Shown here one piece after another: positions 42,491 through 57,322 of a stretch of 64,000 nucleotides of DNA. This DNA comes from Octopus vulgaris. Its lineage: Eukaryota. Within the stretch, counting starts at the first letter, position 1. Each line of letters starts with the position of its first letter. The stretch is taken from NCBI GenBank assembly GCA_951406725.2, contig OX597815.1:203174001-203238000 (forward strand). The letters are read 5' to 3'. The notes under the pieces are model-generated. The model did no database searches and was not told the DNA's origin. It was given only the letters and a program-made list of their open reading frames with translations. The position numbers and the translations under genes are program-made.

Positions 42491-43074
42491 CAGTAGTTTT
42501 AGTTTTATTTTTATAGCGTGCTTTCACTTCACTACCGAGCGCAGCTCTGTGTGCCTTGGGTATGTGCTGTGATTTGTTGTGATGCTCTGATGGTTATTGT
42601 ATGGAAAGTGTTCTGCGTAGGATGTGTGCAGTGCCTAGTAGTGAAATTTTCTGTATGTTATATGTGTTTGTAAGTCCTGGTGTTTTTGTTATGTATTTGT
42701 CTGAATATTTTTTTATCATGCCTAATGCACCTACTATGATAGGAATTGTTTCTGTTTTCAGATTCCACATTCTAGTTACCTCTATTTCCAGGTCTTTGTA
42801 TTTTGAGAGTTTCTCCATTTCTTTTAGAGACACGTTGTCATCTGCCGGTACTGATACATCAATTAGAAAGCATTTTTTTCTTCATGGTCTCTGACAACTA
42901 TATCTGGTCTGTTGGCCTTAATTTCTCTATCTGTGTGTATCGGCATATCCCAGAGTATGGTTGCTTTCTCGTTTTCTGTGACCTTTTCTGGTGTGTGCCT
43001 ATACCATCTTTTTTCTGTTGTTATTCCATAATGTTGGCATAGCTTCCAATGTATGTAAGTTCCAATGTATGTAA

Positions 43075-43075
<1 letters not shown>
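42491..43075 (-). mobile_element. R4/Dong-like non-LTR retrotransposon 3' fragment (restriction-like endonuclease) in (TAA)n
   Basis: RPDIVV...LIDVSVP..NVSLKEMEKLSKYKDLEIEV...IPIIVGALG (PD..D..K RLE motif); TAA arrays on both sides. Confidence 0.88.
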
Positions 43076-43144
<69 letters not shown>

Positions 43145-44199
43145 GGTTGGCTTTTGCTTCGTATTTGTACAACTTGACTCCAAGTCCCACCCAGGGACAT
43201 CAACAGACAACAAGTTAGAAGTTCAAGTTGGTGTTATGACTAGAGTACCATATTTTTAGTTTTGCACGGAGTATTGTTATAATGAATGTCTGTCAAATCC
43301 TTAAAGTGAAGTCTCATTCAAATCATGCCTTACAATCTTTAATTTAACATAGATTCGTGTAATTTAAAATATAAGGAAGATGTTAAAGATCCAACTAAGA
43401 AGCTAGCAGTAGTATGCATCGAGACGATTTCATCTTGTAAAGTTCCCACACTTTACTAGGTTTTCTGCATGTCTGTAATGAAGTCTCGTACTAAGCACAT
43501 TTTAGGGGAACAAATTTTGTTTTTATTCTGCCATTATCCAGAGAATGGCTTTGCTCGAAACATTTTCCCATGTTATAAGAACATATCTAAATTTGCTAAA
43601 TTTACTTATTACGTTTTCTACTATAAAAATGTTATTTCTATATCGATATAAGCTGACATTGAGGAAAAAATAATCTTCTATCTAGAATCTTGATGTTTTT
43701 TTTCTTTTATCAAGACTCTGGGTAATGTTATCATAGCTCTAGTGTTTTTTTTTTCATTCAAAATAAACAAGAAAATATCCTCTGCTAAGCAGATATATTG
43801 ATTATGAACTGGTTCTGTAACGATCGTATGAATAGGATTAGGAAACAAAATCTATATCTGGGCAATAAATATCATTGGCCTTGTCGATACTATGCACATT
43901 GACGAAAATAAAATGAAACAATATGAAGGATTTTAATTCAGAAATAAGCATGTATTAGGAAAAGAACGAAGTGTTTGAAAAAGAGAGAAACGAACATCTG
44001 AATATCGAACACAAAGCATGCACAATATGTGTGTGTGAACGCATGTGTACGTGTACATGTATGTATATATGTATGTATATTATGTGTGTGTGGGTTTCTG
44101 TGACACAAAGGTTTCAAAACTTAATGAGTAACAGTTCAAAAGGGAAGCTACTTAAAGTCACTGGTCACTAGAAAAAATGCCAGAAAATGTGGTAAAATT

Positions 44200-44830
44200 T
44201 GGGAACTCATCCATAATGAACCTATCTCCCGCATTTTGTACTTGATGAAAGACGGCTTTGTAGGAAAGTTATTAATGATCTAAATTAATAATCTGAGTTT
44301 ACAGCAATGACCCGATCATGGGACAAAATAGCAATCATAGCAATGGAAGCACTCACAATCACCAAAGCCAACGAAAGTGTGACATGTCCACAAAACAACG
44401 GAAAGTATTATCTCGTTTTGTTCTGTTTTCCGATGTCAAGGTAATTTTTCACTGAAAATTTATTTCGCAAGCAGTCTGTAGAGAAGATAAGCGACAAAAT
44501 CGACTGGAATTGTGACGCAACAGCTATTGATTGTTACCTTATTACATCTCGCCCGTTTCCACCTCCCTCAACATGACTAAAGTTTTGACAAAGAAATAAA
44601 GTTGCTTATTCTACACACTTTGCACTCGACTGACCTTTCATTTTGCCACTTTGATATTTTTCTTAAAATGAAATTGAATCTTAAGAGATACCATTACGAG
44701 ACAGTAGACGAAAGTCAGACGAAATTACAAGTGATTTAAGCGGTAATCAAGAAAAGCAGTTCTGTTGTTCTTTTGAGGCGTGGAAGACGCATTAGAGCAG
44801 GTGTGTACATACCGAAAATGACTGTACGTG
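44200..44830 (+). mobile_element. Decayed mariner transposase remnant
   Basis: DLSFCHFDIFLKMKLNLK and FEAWKTH*SRCVHTENDC resemble the mariner C-terminus. Confidence 0.6.
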
Positions 44831-45019
44831 AGTGGATTATAGCTGGTAAATGTTGGATGTGTTATGGCATTTGTTTTATTAATGTAGTTAATAAAATATA
44901 TTTATTGGAGTGCTGCTCATCATATGACAGGTAATTTGGGGGAATATCGGAAATTTTTCATAGTAAATATGGATTGTTTACAGATTCCTCTTCGGCGTCT
45001 TCTGTTTGTTTCATTAAGC

Positions 45020-45700
45020 TTTTTCTAATGTCTCAGTACATTACTCGATGAGTACAGGCACGTCCAAAACAATCAAAGAGAATGACACTAAAAATAGCCA
45101 TGATAGTTTCTTGAGCTGCATGATGGTTCTTGAATTTCTTAGGTCTTGAAGAAGAAATACGCCCCTGTTTCATCCCCTGTCACCAAATTAGAGTAGGGGA
45201 AATATGTTTTCATTGATTTCAAATACATCTAGATCAGAAAAGACTTCCAACCTTCCCCTCTTTAAGTCGGGTACCAGGTGCCAAGGACCCACTTTGGAAA
45301 CACTCTCTGACACCAAAAGTATTCCATTATCTTCTGTGATGCACTGTATCACAGTCTAGTGGTGAAGCAACCTCACGGCTTGTGACTCGTCTCTCGGCAC
45401 GAACCAATTCGTAACGCTCGCTGGGAATCTGTGTCAATGGTTGCAGATGGCCCCCTATTCTGTGGTTTGTCTTCAGTGCTGGTTTCTCTTTCTATAACTT
45501 TTTCAACCATCTGTGCTTATTGTTCTAGTCAATGGTGTCAGATCTTGTAGCCTGTCGTAGATGTCATCTTGAACCCTTCCTTTGTAACAGACTCAATGAA
45601 GAACAGGTATAAGTGTTACTGTACAAGAAGAGTTAAACAAGCACAGGCAATTTGATCGACATGTGTTAGGAAAAGAATCATGCATTACTCTCTGTATAAC
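45020..45700 (-). mobile_element. Decayed mariner transposase N-terminal remnant
   Basis: ELVRAERRVTSREVA, KWVLGT (WVPR-like) and NLVTGDET on -. Confidence 0.7.
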
Positions 45701-46941
45701 CCTCGTTTACAATGTGTTTGAGGGAGCAGAAAGTTTTGTTATATTAAATAATTATACTTTAAATAAGAACTTGTTAGTTACTAACACAAGCACCCCTACC
45801 TATACTTATTTATTTACACAGATTTATTTTGCTATTTTTACTACGTTGAAATTCCTTTCAATCGTACGTTTACCTTTTAGAATTAGAATGAAGATTTATG
45901 TTTAACCAAAAACAAAAAATTTAATATATAGGTCATTTGAATCCATTCGAGAATCAAGCGAAGATCACATGTTGTGTGCAGTTTTGAAAATAGAAGCAGA
46001 AATTGTGTAAAAAATAATAAAAATGACGTAAGAAGATTAGTTACTGATAAATTCCATTGATTTCCTGTCTTGTGAATTCATTTCCTGTTCACTAAAAAGC
46101 TAAAAGACATTGCAAACAAAGCAGAGATATAAATCTTTAATGTATTCCATTTTAAAGCTGGTTTCTAATTTGGACTGAATATATTTCATTTTAAATTATC
46201 TTGCCACGGAACTGTAAATTTCTAATAATGAATTTTTCAACAAGTCACATAGCAAAACGGTAGAGATAATATAATTTAACTTATTCTTAAAATATTACTT
46301 TTTCAAGAAGAGACATGGCACACACACACGCACACACTGATATTGGATTATCACTTGTGACAGCATAATACGGAATTACATCCTCTGCAAAGTTTTTGGT
46401 CAGATATTTTTACCATTTGCATACTAAAATGGTGGAAAATATTTAAGGACGAGCTATTTCCACCCTGAATTCAAATTCCATTGTGGTAATATCTTTCGCT
46501 TCTTATTTTCTTTGCTTTTCTTAAAAGTACCAAGTGTGTATGTAACGTCATATATTTATGTTTTACTTTTTCCCAATAAATGCCTACAGTAAATCAACTT
46601 CCAGAATCCGTAACATAATTTCCATTCCTAATTGGAAACATTTCGCTTTTTGGTTACACCTCAAACTCCATAATCCCGATCATGGTCAACAGCTTGTCCA
46701 AAGAATAGACTTCAGTCAAACGAAGCACCCACAAACTATTCTCCACGGAGCATACTCATTTCATGTTTTACTAGTGATGTTATAAGGTGCTACCTATACT
46801 TGACCGAAGTAATTAGAATAATATTAATCCTTGATTAATGTCAATATTTTCTCGTCATCATTTCATCTTAATTCTTAATTGCTCCTTATAACTCTAATTT
46901 AACTTGTTTTTCATGAAGGTGGCATCGCTAAGTTATTCTTA

Positions 46942-47031
46942 TTATTATTATAAGTCACTTATTATTATATAATATATTATAAGTCACTTATTATTATATA
47001 ATATATTATAAGTCACTTATTATTATTATAA
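46942..47031. repeat. AT-rich ~30-bp tandem repeat
   Basis: attattataagtcactt occurs three times. Confidence 0.85.
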
Positions 47032-50000
47032 GCTGAATTTCTCCGCTAAATATTAATATGGGCCGAACGTCTTAAGACACTACCTGTGTGTGACAGTATA
47101 CAAGAACTTACAGAACGCGCCTATTTCTGCTAGTGTAAACTAAAAAAGATCGTATTTAATACCTAGATAACAAAGTTTTCAAACAAATTAGTAATTTTGA
47201 TTTCATATTTATTACACCCAAGAAACTTCTCTCTGGTCACTTGAATCACATCCATGACATCCAAATTTCAAATTTCAACAATAATATCAGCATAATCATA
47301 ACTAGATGAAGTAACTTTTATCTTCATCTCGTTATCTATTGATCATTGAGAAACCAAAATAGATCGGCATCTCAAGTATGTGATGTAACGATAGCACTTC
47401 ATGTATATATAATGTCAATAAAGTAGTGGTGTAAGGGTGACATATTAGAAGATATTAATACCGCTATTTAGATTAACCGTCTTTGTTCTATCTTGAAATA
47501 TAATCCAAGTCAACTTTGCTTTTCAACCATTTAGAGGTGAAGAAAAATAAATATCAGTTCGGTCATATATTGGGATTGATTTCATTGTTTTATATTTATC
47601 TCTTCTTTTGTGTGGCTTTGTTGGGGTAAAGAAATGAATCATATCAATAAAGCACATGGAGAGATTGATAATGTTCTACTTATCTCCTCAAAAACTTATC
47701 ATTAAGGCTAACACATTCACAATTTGAACAACGACTTCCTGATAAGATTCTATCGAAAAAAATGTCTCAGTTAGCTAATGCTTATCCTCGAGACTGGATT
47801 AGCTACATAAATGTAATGGAGCGCCTCTCAATCAAAGATGACTGATGTCATTGAACCTCATCATCATCATCGTCGTCGTCATCAGCAGCAGCAACAATAG
47901 TAGCAATAGCAACAGTAGCAACAGCAGGGGAAGCAGCTGGAGCAGTAGCAGCTTTGTTCATTTCAATTACCATAATCATCCCTACCAACACTATCAGTAT
48001 CATCATCATCACCATCACCATCATCATTATCCACATTACCACTACGAGTTTCGCTTACAATTTAAACGTGCTTTAATATTAATAATTAATATTGCTGCCA
48101 AGAGATATACGTACTTTTTTTCTTTGATCTTTAAATGAATTTAATTCCCTTGTAAGCATCAGGTCCTTGAAAACTAAATCTCTTCCCTGATAAAGCCTCT
48201 GATCAATAGATAAAAGATTTCTTGGCTTGCAATCAAGGTTAGTATTTACTGACATTTGAGAGCATTAACCAGAAATGATAGAAAGATATTGAAGGAATAT
48301 ACATGTTTAATATAACAAGAAATATCGCTGGTTATTGAAGGCTAAATGGAATAATAAATTGAATTGATAGTTAATTACTATATAGTCAAGACCTAGTGTC
48401 CAGTTCTTCGGTGGATAATGTATTTCTATGCAGCCAAGGCACTTAAATAAAAAAAATACCTAGACTGTTTATTAGAAAAGTGCTTTTGATGAAAGTTATG
48501 ATATTTTACAGTGCTTATATCTTACTGATTGTAGTCGATTGCAATTCTCTGGTGTATCGTTATTCCTCATTTTTTTCTTCATTTCTTTGCTGTATATTGG
48601 ATAAATTGGAGAATATTAATGGAAATGTAACTGGGAGTCTCATAGGTGGGACAGAAATTTGATCAAAGATATCTTAAGCAAAATACTTATGATACATTTG
48701 TGAACACCTCTATCTCCTCAGAATCTCAACTTGGCAGAATGGCTGACATATTTGCTTTTTGGTGGTATTATTGTTTGTATATACAAAAGCTGATCTAGCT
48801 GGATAAACCATTCGGCATCCATGACACAATACGTTACTCTGCCGCCTTATTTATCTGCGTTCTGCATTTTGTTTACGTTCATATATGGAAGAAATGTTGT
48901 GGAATTAAACATAGCTGTTGGGAGCTAAACATAGCTGTGCGATTAGGAAGTTCGCTTTGCAACAATGCGTTCGGGGTGTGTTCTCATTGGTGTTCAACAA
49001 TGTAAACAATCTTTTACTTTCGGAATACTAAAACACTAACAAAATCATATCATTCATATGCATCTAATGTCTCCATTCTATCTCCACGTGGACGGATCCT
49101 CGATACAGTTCTATTTAGTGAAGCCATACTGCTTAGTTGTAAAATTTATGAAAACGCCAAACCGAATCGACATATCTGAAAGATAATCAAATCTAAGCGT
49201 ACAATAAGACACGAACTCATGTCTCCTTCTTGACGCTTTGGTGCAATTACTATACTAGATACACATTTCTATGAGTGAAATTAGCCATAAATTACTCAAA
49301 ACTAAATCACTTATTTATACAGAGTGGTAGTTACAATCGATTTCCATTTTACTTTCGATTACTAATAAAGATTTCCGGCAAAAAGAAACCAATCGAATAT
49401 GTATCAGTCTTTAATATATTTCACTCCAATGAGTGAAAAAAGTAAAAGATAACCCACGAAACATGAAATAATCTATTGTGAACCCCGTTTCAGTTTTGTA
49501 AACTATCAATAAGATTTTCTCTGGCCTTAAAGAAACTCGAGAATAGCTGATTTACTACAATATCTGGCAATGCATATTGTCACTCACCCTGTAGAAGCAT
49601 CTACCCCAGTTTTATTTCACGTCATTCTATGGTGGTTGTGAAGCATTTAGGGGGAAAACCTGTTAAAAGACAGAGGGTAAGTTAATAACATGACGTTGTT
49701 TTGGTCTGTCTTTGTAATCATTAACAACGCTGTGGCAATGATAAAGGATTTGATGCTTCTGACTTTATCCCCCAGGAATACCTTTCCATGACAGGATAAC
49801 ATTTTGAAGGATACTTATATATCCTCTGCTTAACTCTATCAGAAGCAGAATATAAGCACCGGTTCGACAGAAGACTGTTTCAAAAATTGATGTTACATAA
49901 ACAAGATTGTTAAATGTTTTATAAGATTATATTTTTATCGGTGATCTTGAGTTGAAGAGCTCAATATGTGTTGCATGATAATGCAATAAGTTAATTATCC

Positions 50001-50460
50001 AAGAGTGAGATATATGATAACCCTTCGCATATCGAATTAACCTCATAAATTCCACATTAGCACTTTATTCGACATTCGTAAGTAATTCAGTATATGAGGA
50101 GAAACGGATCAAAATTCTGTCAAGTATATACTCTGTTTATGGTTGGTAAGATGACATTAATTTTCTTTTTCGTAAATTATGCTAAATATAATATTATTAC
50201 AGTTCACCATAAAAAAGAGCTTATTTGTTAATAAATTTCATAAGTAATTATTGGTGTATAAATATTAATTTTACTCTAAGTAATAAGTGCGATCTGTATA
50301 GCCAATAATTCTCCATATTATCGTATTAATTATATATATGTTTTAATAAATGTTTATATACTCGTGTTCAAGTGAATCATAATTTGTAGGACATATATTT
50401 AAAAAATGTCTAAGTGAAGTGATATTGCAATATATTCGTCTTAAAAATTCGCTTAATTAT

Positions 50461-51450
50461 ATTGGGTCACCCCATAGATAATGCAGATTGTTATACTTCT
50501 TTTAATTTTCAAAATTAAGATAAACAAAGTTCCTTTTTAATCTAAAATATACTCACCTTCATTTTCTACGATGCTCTTCCATCTTTCTGTTAGACTTGCA
50601 AGGCCCGTCTTCCAAAATTCACTTCCTCCTAATGAAAAATCTCTTCCAGTACTGTTCTGATCTCGTCTACAGAATTCATATTTTTTCAATCCAAATGATT
50701 TTCAGAGTAAATGATAATCATATGGGACAATGTCCGCTGGGTGGCGCATCGTTACCCATTCAAACTGTTCCGGCCTTCGGAATGTTGTTCTCGCTGTATA
50801 TAAACTAATCATTATCCTGATGGAAGAATACCTTTCGTCTTGAAATCAAAGATGTCGTTTTTCTTCTAGCGCTGACTTAAGCCCTTCTGGCTGCTCGCAG
50901 TAAATGTCCTTTGTTATCGTTTGGCTTGGGTTTTAAAGTTCAAACATTTCATATTTCGCCAAACAGATAACAACACTTTACGTGGGTGAAGACTTTCTTT
51001 AGCCTGAAGTGCTGGGGTTTCCCCTTTCCCTACCTACTGTCTTCGGCGCTTGACATTTCTATAGAGAACCCATTTCTCCTCACCAGTCACTATTCGGTCT
51101 AAAAAAGGTTCATTCGTGAGACATGACATCAAAGAAGAGTAAAGTCATTCTCTGCACGCAATTAGACTAGGAAAGTTTGTGAGGAATCCATTGACCCAAT
51201 TAGCTGGCTTTTCCGATGGCACGCAGGTGTCGATGATTGGTTGAATGACCAAATCCAAGCTTCCCTACTAGTTCCACAACAATTACGATGCGACTTTGTT
51301 CCACCAGGGTTTGTAGAACGTCCTCGTAGAGCTCTACAGATCTTTCAGGGCGAGGCTCGTCTTCTAGACTGTAGTTTCCGGCCCGGAATTTCTAGAAACA
51401 CCGTTGACACTGGCTTACGCTTATTGTCCGATCGCCATATAAAGCATTAA
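50461..51450 (-). mobile_element. Decayed mariner transposon
   Basis: GLASLTERWKSIVENEGEY C-terminus on -; TIR-like tattgggtcaccccata; other end interrupted by a SINE. Confidence 0.75.
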
Positions 51451-51459
51451 TGTTTCTCG

Positions 51460-51692
51460 TGAGCTGACAGAAACGTTAGCATGCTGGGCAAAATACTTAG
51501 CGGTAATTCGTCTGTCATTACGTTATGAATTCAAATTCCGCGAGGTCAACTTTGCCTTTTATCCTTTCGGGGTCGATAAACTAAGTAACAGTTAAGTACA
51601 TCGGGGTCGATGTAATAGACTTAATCTGTTTGTCTGTCCTTGTTTGTTCTCTCTATGTTTTACCCCCTGTGGGTAAGTAAGAAATAAATATT
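51460..51692 (+). mobile_element. SINE family B, diverged
   Basis: Matches 4135 and 30089 copies. Confidence 0.85.
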
Positions 51693-52027
51693 ATTTATGG
51701 GATGACCCAATACAAATATGTATTTAAGCTTTTGTGATATTTACATGTGGTATTTAGTGTGTGGTGTCCACATGTGTGGTATTTACTGTTAGTGAACGAA
51801 AATATGCTACAATGAAACAACAGGCACTTAGAATTATCAAAGTTTATTGCAAAGTTTAATTCCATTGTCATTGTCCTTATTAAATGGATTAAAAATTCTG
51901 TAAGACTACTAGAAAACAAGATAAATCCAACGATATGTAGCAGTTATGTGTCTTTATGTATGTGTGTCTATGTATGCGTACGCACATGTGTATGTAGTAT
52001 ATCAATATATGTATATGTATAACCAAT

Positions 52028-52052
52028 ATAGATAGATAGATAGATAGATAGG

Positions 52053-52112
<60 letters not shown>

Positions 52113-52805
52113 GAGATAGATACATACATACATACATACATACATACATACATACATACATACATACATGCATGCATGCATGCATGCATACCTACTCACA
52201 CATACATACATACATACATATATATATACATGCATGCATACATGCATGCATGCATACATACATACATAAATACATACATACATACATACATACATACATA
52301 CATGCATACATACATACGTACTCACACATACATACATACATACATACATACATACATACATACATACATACATACATACATACATACATACATACATACA
52401 TACATACATACATGCATGCATACATGCATACATACATACATACATACATACATACATACATACATACATACATACATACATACATACATACATACATACA
52501 TACATACATACATACATACATACATACATACATACATACATACATACATACATACATACATACATACATACATACATACATACATACATACATACATACA
52601 TGCATACATACATACATACATACATACATACATACATACATACATACATACATACATACATACATACATACATACATACATACATACATACATACATACA
52701 TACATACATACATACATACATACATACATGCATACATACATACATACATACATACATACATACATACATACATACATACATACATACATACATACATACA
52801 TACAT
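52028..52805. repeat. (GATA)n(GACA)n(TACA)n compound microsatellite, ~780 bp
   Basis: Direct array. Confidence 0.98.
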
Positions 52806-53753
52806 GCCCAGGTACGGTCACGCACACACACGCACACGCACGCACGCATGCCAAATATTCAACCTATTTGACAGTCTGAATTATTGTGTCAACGTTAACT
52901 TTTTCTTTTCGATTAATTCATTTTGATTGCAAAGTCTCGCTACATTTTGATCACGGCGCTCTTTGGCATCTTTATTAGCTGTAAAATTGCTAGCTTTCTC
53001 TTCAGTACTCAACATATATATCTGTGCGACTTAATCTTTTCGTCTGAGAAACCATGAAAATGGAAGCATGATTAAACCCGTGTGTTTTTAGCATTTTGCC
53101 TCTTGAAAGAATCCTATTTAGAATTCTGTTTTTTTTTTCTTTTTTTTGTTATTTTTGTAATCTTAAAAGATATATGTTGTTTATAGTTATATATTTATTT
53201 GATTTTTGTTTTTGTATGCCTATCATATTACTGATGTACTTTACTCTTATTTTATGATGCATGTTGCAAATAAATGACTGATGAATATTAACCCCATCGA
53301 TAAGGAAGTCGACGTCCGCGTTATAATCATCATCATCATCGTCATCATCAACCCCATCAACCTCATCAACGCTATCTTTACTACAGCTAACCAGTATATT
53401 GATTGCCTAAGCTGATGAAAGTTAATGTAAGATTAATCCTAACTTATCCGACAACAGGAGAATTATAGAAATATAGCAAGCCACATAAATACAAATACAC
53501 ACTCAGTCTCTCCCTCTCCCTCTCTCACGTGTGCGTTTTGTAGTTTTCTCTTCTTTCTCTCTATCTCTTCTTATCTTACTCGTTTATTCGTTCGCTTACT
53601 TACTCATTTGTGCTATGTTATTTCATTCGGTTTCAAAACGTAGCTTGCTAAAAACAAACAGTGTCTAAATAAAGACGGATATACTGAACCTAATTTTCAG
53701 TTGGTGTTCTGGATCAGTAGTTCTTAACCCTATTTAATTTTTTTTTTTTTGTA

Positions 53754-54170
53754 GGCGCAGGAGTGGCTGTGTGGTAAGTAGCTTGCTTACCAACCACATG
53801 GTTCCGGGTTCAGTTCCACTGCGTGGCATCTTGGGCAAGTGTCTTCTGCTATAGCCCCGGGCCGACTAATGCCTTGTGAGTGGATTTGGTAGACGGAAAC
53901 TGAAAGAAGCCTGTCGTATATATGTATATATATATATGTATGTGTGTGTATGTGTTAGTGTGTCTGTGTTTGTCCCCCTAGCATCGCTTGACAACCGTTG
54001 CTGGTGTGTTTATGTCCCTGTTACTTAGTGGTTCGGCAAAAGAGACCGATAGAATAAGTACTGGGCTTACAAAAAGAATAAGTCCCGGGGTCGATTTGCT
54101 CGACTAAAGGCGGTGCTCCAGCATGGCCGCAGTCAAATGACTGAAACAAGTAAAAGAGTTAAAAGAGAGT
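53754..54170 (+). mobile_element. SINE family A
   Basis: Full copy inserted after a poly-T. Confidence 0.92.
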
Positions 54171-54264
54171 ATATATCGCATGTCAATGACTTCCCTGTGC
54201 CTGATAAAATCTAACTAAATTCCTTATATCAGGTTCAGTGTTAGTCAAAAGAAGTCATAAGTCG

Positions 54265-54300
<36 letters not shown>

Positions 54301-55426
54301 TATTGCAAATGTATTTTATGTCATAGTCAGCAATTGCGACGCCGCACTGAATCCTTTCTCTATTAAATATGACGAAGGAAGAGCAATGAACAGTAATTTA
54401 ATTTCTTGCCAATGTTGGGGATACTTGTTTTGCATCGTGGGCCAGAAGGATTCATAGCTAAGCTGTTAAAAATGTACTTCAGCTTTGAAATCCGTTTTTA
54501 AGTCGATAATTTCTTCATGTAAACTCCGTTGAGCAGAAAATATATTAGACAGAAATGAATTTATGACACAAACAAATATTCTAATATTAGTAAATTCTTT
54601 AAAACTTAAGTCTTCTTTCAGTGTCTTCTTTAACAATATGCGAAGATAACATGCAAGACTGCACGCCTAAAAATACTATTCAAGATAGAAATACAAAATC
54701 AAAACTTAATCTTCCTTGCTCAAACGCCTTTAGCCACGATATCTCTAATTTTATTTTTATAGCAATTGTTAGTTTTATCATATATAATATAATTACTACT
54801 AAAGGTAAAATTTAGTATGTTAATTATGTTACCTCACTACCACCCCGCTTCACTGACTCCTAAATCCTAATACCTACTGAGACATGTCCAGCCCCCTTAG
54901 GAGCGATACCGCCAACGTTGAGAATCCCTACTTTAGATCGACACGAAGCCCATGATTTCTGAATGAGACGCAATTATCAAAGTTCTATAGTATTAATTTC
55001 TAACATGGGCACAAAGTTTCGCATTTGAGGTGAGACATCTTGAATCAATCGATTACATAACAAGTACTTTTATCGTTCTCCAGAATGATGGAAAACAAAT
55101 ATTTTTTCGGTGAAACTTGAACTTATAATGTAGGGAGCGGTATCTAAATATCTCAAGGCACTTTGTTTGATGTCCTAATAATTTGATAATCCATATAAGT
55201 ACGATATTAGCGATATACTTGAAGCTAAGAAGAGAAATTGAAACAGTGTTATAAAAATAACTCTTCAACAGCTTAGGTCTGTATTACAGAATTGCCTGTA
55301 TAATTGCTAGTATTACAACCATCATTCCTTAATTCAGGAACTATAGAGGTTCACATCGCAACACGATTTTACTTCCCGAATAAAGCCGGTTCGCTGCAAT
55401 TTTGTTAATAACACTAATGTGTAACA

Positions 55427-55813
55427 GTGCTGGAAGCACTCCGTCGGTTACGACGACGAGGTTTCCGGTTGATCCGAATCAACGGAACAGCCTGCTCGTG
55501 AAATTAACGTGTAAGTGGCTGAGCACTCCACAGACACGTGTACCCTTAACGTAGTTCTCGAGGATATTCAGCGTGACACAGAGTGACAAGGCCGACCCTT
55601 TGAAATACAGGTACAACAGAAACAGGAAGTAAGAGTGAGAGAAAGTTGTGGTGAAAGAGTACAGCAGGGATCACCACCACCCCCTGCCGGAGCCTCGTGG
55701 AGCTTTAGGTGTTTTCGCTCAATAAACACTCACAACGCCCGGTCTGGGAATTGAAACCGCGATCCTATGACCGCGAGTCCGCTGCCCTAACCACTGGGCC
55801 ATTGCGCCTCCAC
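55427..55813 (-). mobile_element. tRNA-derived SINE, family C
   Basis: On -: head gtggaggcgcaatggcccagtggttagggcagcggactcgcggtc...ggtttcaattccc (A and B boxes) plus ~310-bp body. Confidence 0.85.
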
Positions 55814-56503
55814 AAGGTATAACAATGACATCAATGAATAACAATGTTAACAATCTAATGCATTTGATAATACTGAAATACTTTGTTTCTTCACGGCCTT
55901 TACCTATATGTGAAGTGCACCGTATTAATTCTTTTTCATGTTAGGTCCAAAACGTAAAGCGGCGAACTGACATCATCATGAAAGCATCCGATTTTTGTAT
56001 TCCTCCCTTTAGCTCTCTGTGACCTGAGTTCGATTCTGGCCGAAGTCAATATTACCTTTCTCCCTCTGGAAAAACATAAGACAAATTGTCTCTCTTATCA
56101 GCTTGCAGTGCCACCGTCCGGTTTCTGTGACTAAAGAAGAGATAACTCTTCTGAAATGCTTGCATCTCACAGTCTGGATAGGCGGCGCTGCGAACTGATT
56201 GGGTGTATTTACATCATATGTCTACAGCAAGAAATTTTCTCCATGACAAAACACAGTGAACGTGTTTTTAGCATATTCGAATTGGTTATAACAATGCATT
56301 TATACATCTCACTGCTTAGCGCTCTCACCTCTCTAGTTATAAGTCTTCAAAACTTGTATCAATTAGTTCTCCCTATTGCAGACTCTCAAAGTAGGTCTCC
56401 ATTAGAAATATGCAGCAATTATTCAGTGTGTCCATAGTTTCGTTTCATGGAAGACCTTATTAAGCAGATATACAATCAAAGCGTTCCAACCATAACTATT
56501 TTA

Positions 56504-56853
56504 ATAATAGAAATATTAAAATTACTTAGTCTCTCTAAAGGAGATTACGGCAGCGTTACTGGAAATTAATAGTTATCGCCATACTAATACGGCAGTCTTA
56601 TAAATATAAGACTAAAGCTGTCGCTGATTAGCTCCAAGAGGCCACCGCCTCAAGCTAGCTATTTGACACACAACCTGCGTCCATTACAAACCTTCGAACA
56701 AGGGAGGTCAGCCGCTTCATCCTGCCAGTCAGACAGCTACAGGCATGTTTCAAATAGCTAGCTTGAGGCGGTGGCCTCTTGGAGCTAATCAGCGATAGCT
56801 TTAGTCTTATATTTATAAGACTGCCGTATTAGCATGGCGATAACTATTAATTT
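56504..56853. mobile_element. Insert with 105-bp inverted arms and 13-bp flanking direct repeat
   Basis: 56562-56666 inverted at 56750-56854; cataactatttta at 56491-56503 and 56854-56866. Confidence 0.75.
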
Positions 56854-57184
56854 CATAACTATTTTATTTTCCTAGAATTTATCAAGCACATTATCGAATA
56901 TCTCCTTTTTAACCTTGTAAGGTGTCATTTCAGGAGAATATGAGTGATATTTCAATAAAGTGCAGCTGCAATCTCTAGCAAGCTGTAAAAAGATATAGCG
57001 ATTAACCTATTTTCCTGAAGACGTCAGAATAGCCGTATGGCAATGAAGTTCCTTTTGCTATCACGATGTTATGCGTTCGATCATATTACGTGGCATATTA
57101 GAAAACTATCACTTGATATTTGGTTTGACCCAAAATTATTAGAAAAAATAAAGAGATAGAAACTGTATAGATACACACCAAAAT

Positions 57185-57322
57185 ATTCTTTTCTGCTCTA
57201 GGCACAAGGCTCGAAATTTCTGGTGAGGAGGGAGCCAGTCGATTAGATCGACCCCAATACGCAACTGGTACTTAATTTATTGACTTCAAAAGGATGAAAG
57301 GCAAAGTCTACGTCGGTGGAAT
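57185..57322 (-). mobile_element. SINE family B-related 3' fragment
   Basis: ctggtacttaatttattgac..aaaggatgaaaggcaaagtc. Confidence 0.7.

Noticed and set aside
47845-48138. Ser/Asn/His-rich ORF
   Set aside because: Mixed trinucleotide microsatellite with no recognisable domain or splice context
52002-52926. Long ORFs (MYVC/HTYI/YI/LSIY repeats) here and throughout the window
   Set aside because: They are translations of stop-free microsatellites with no protein signal
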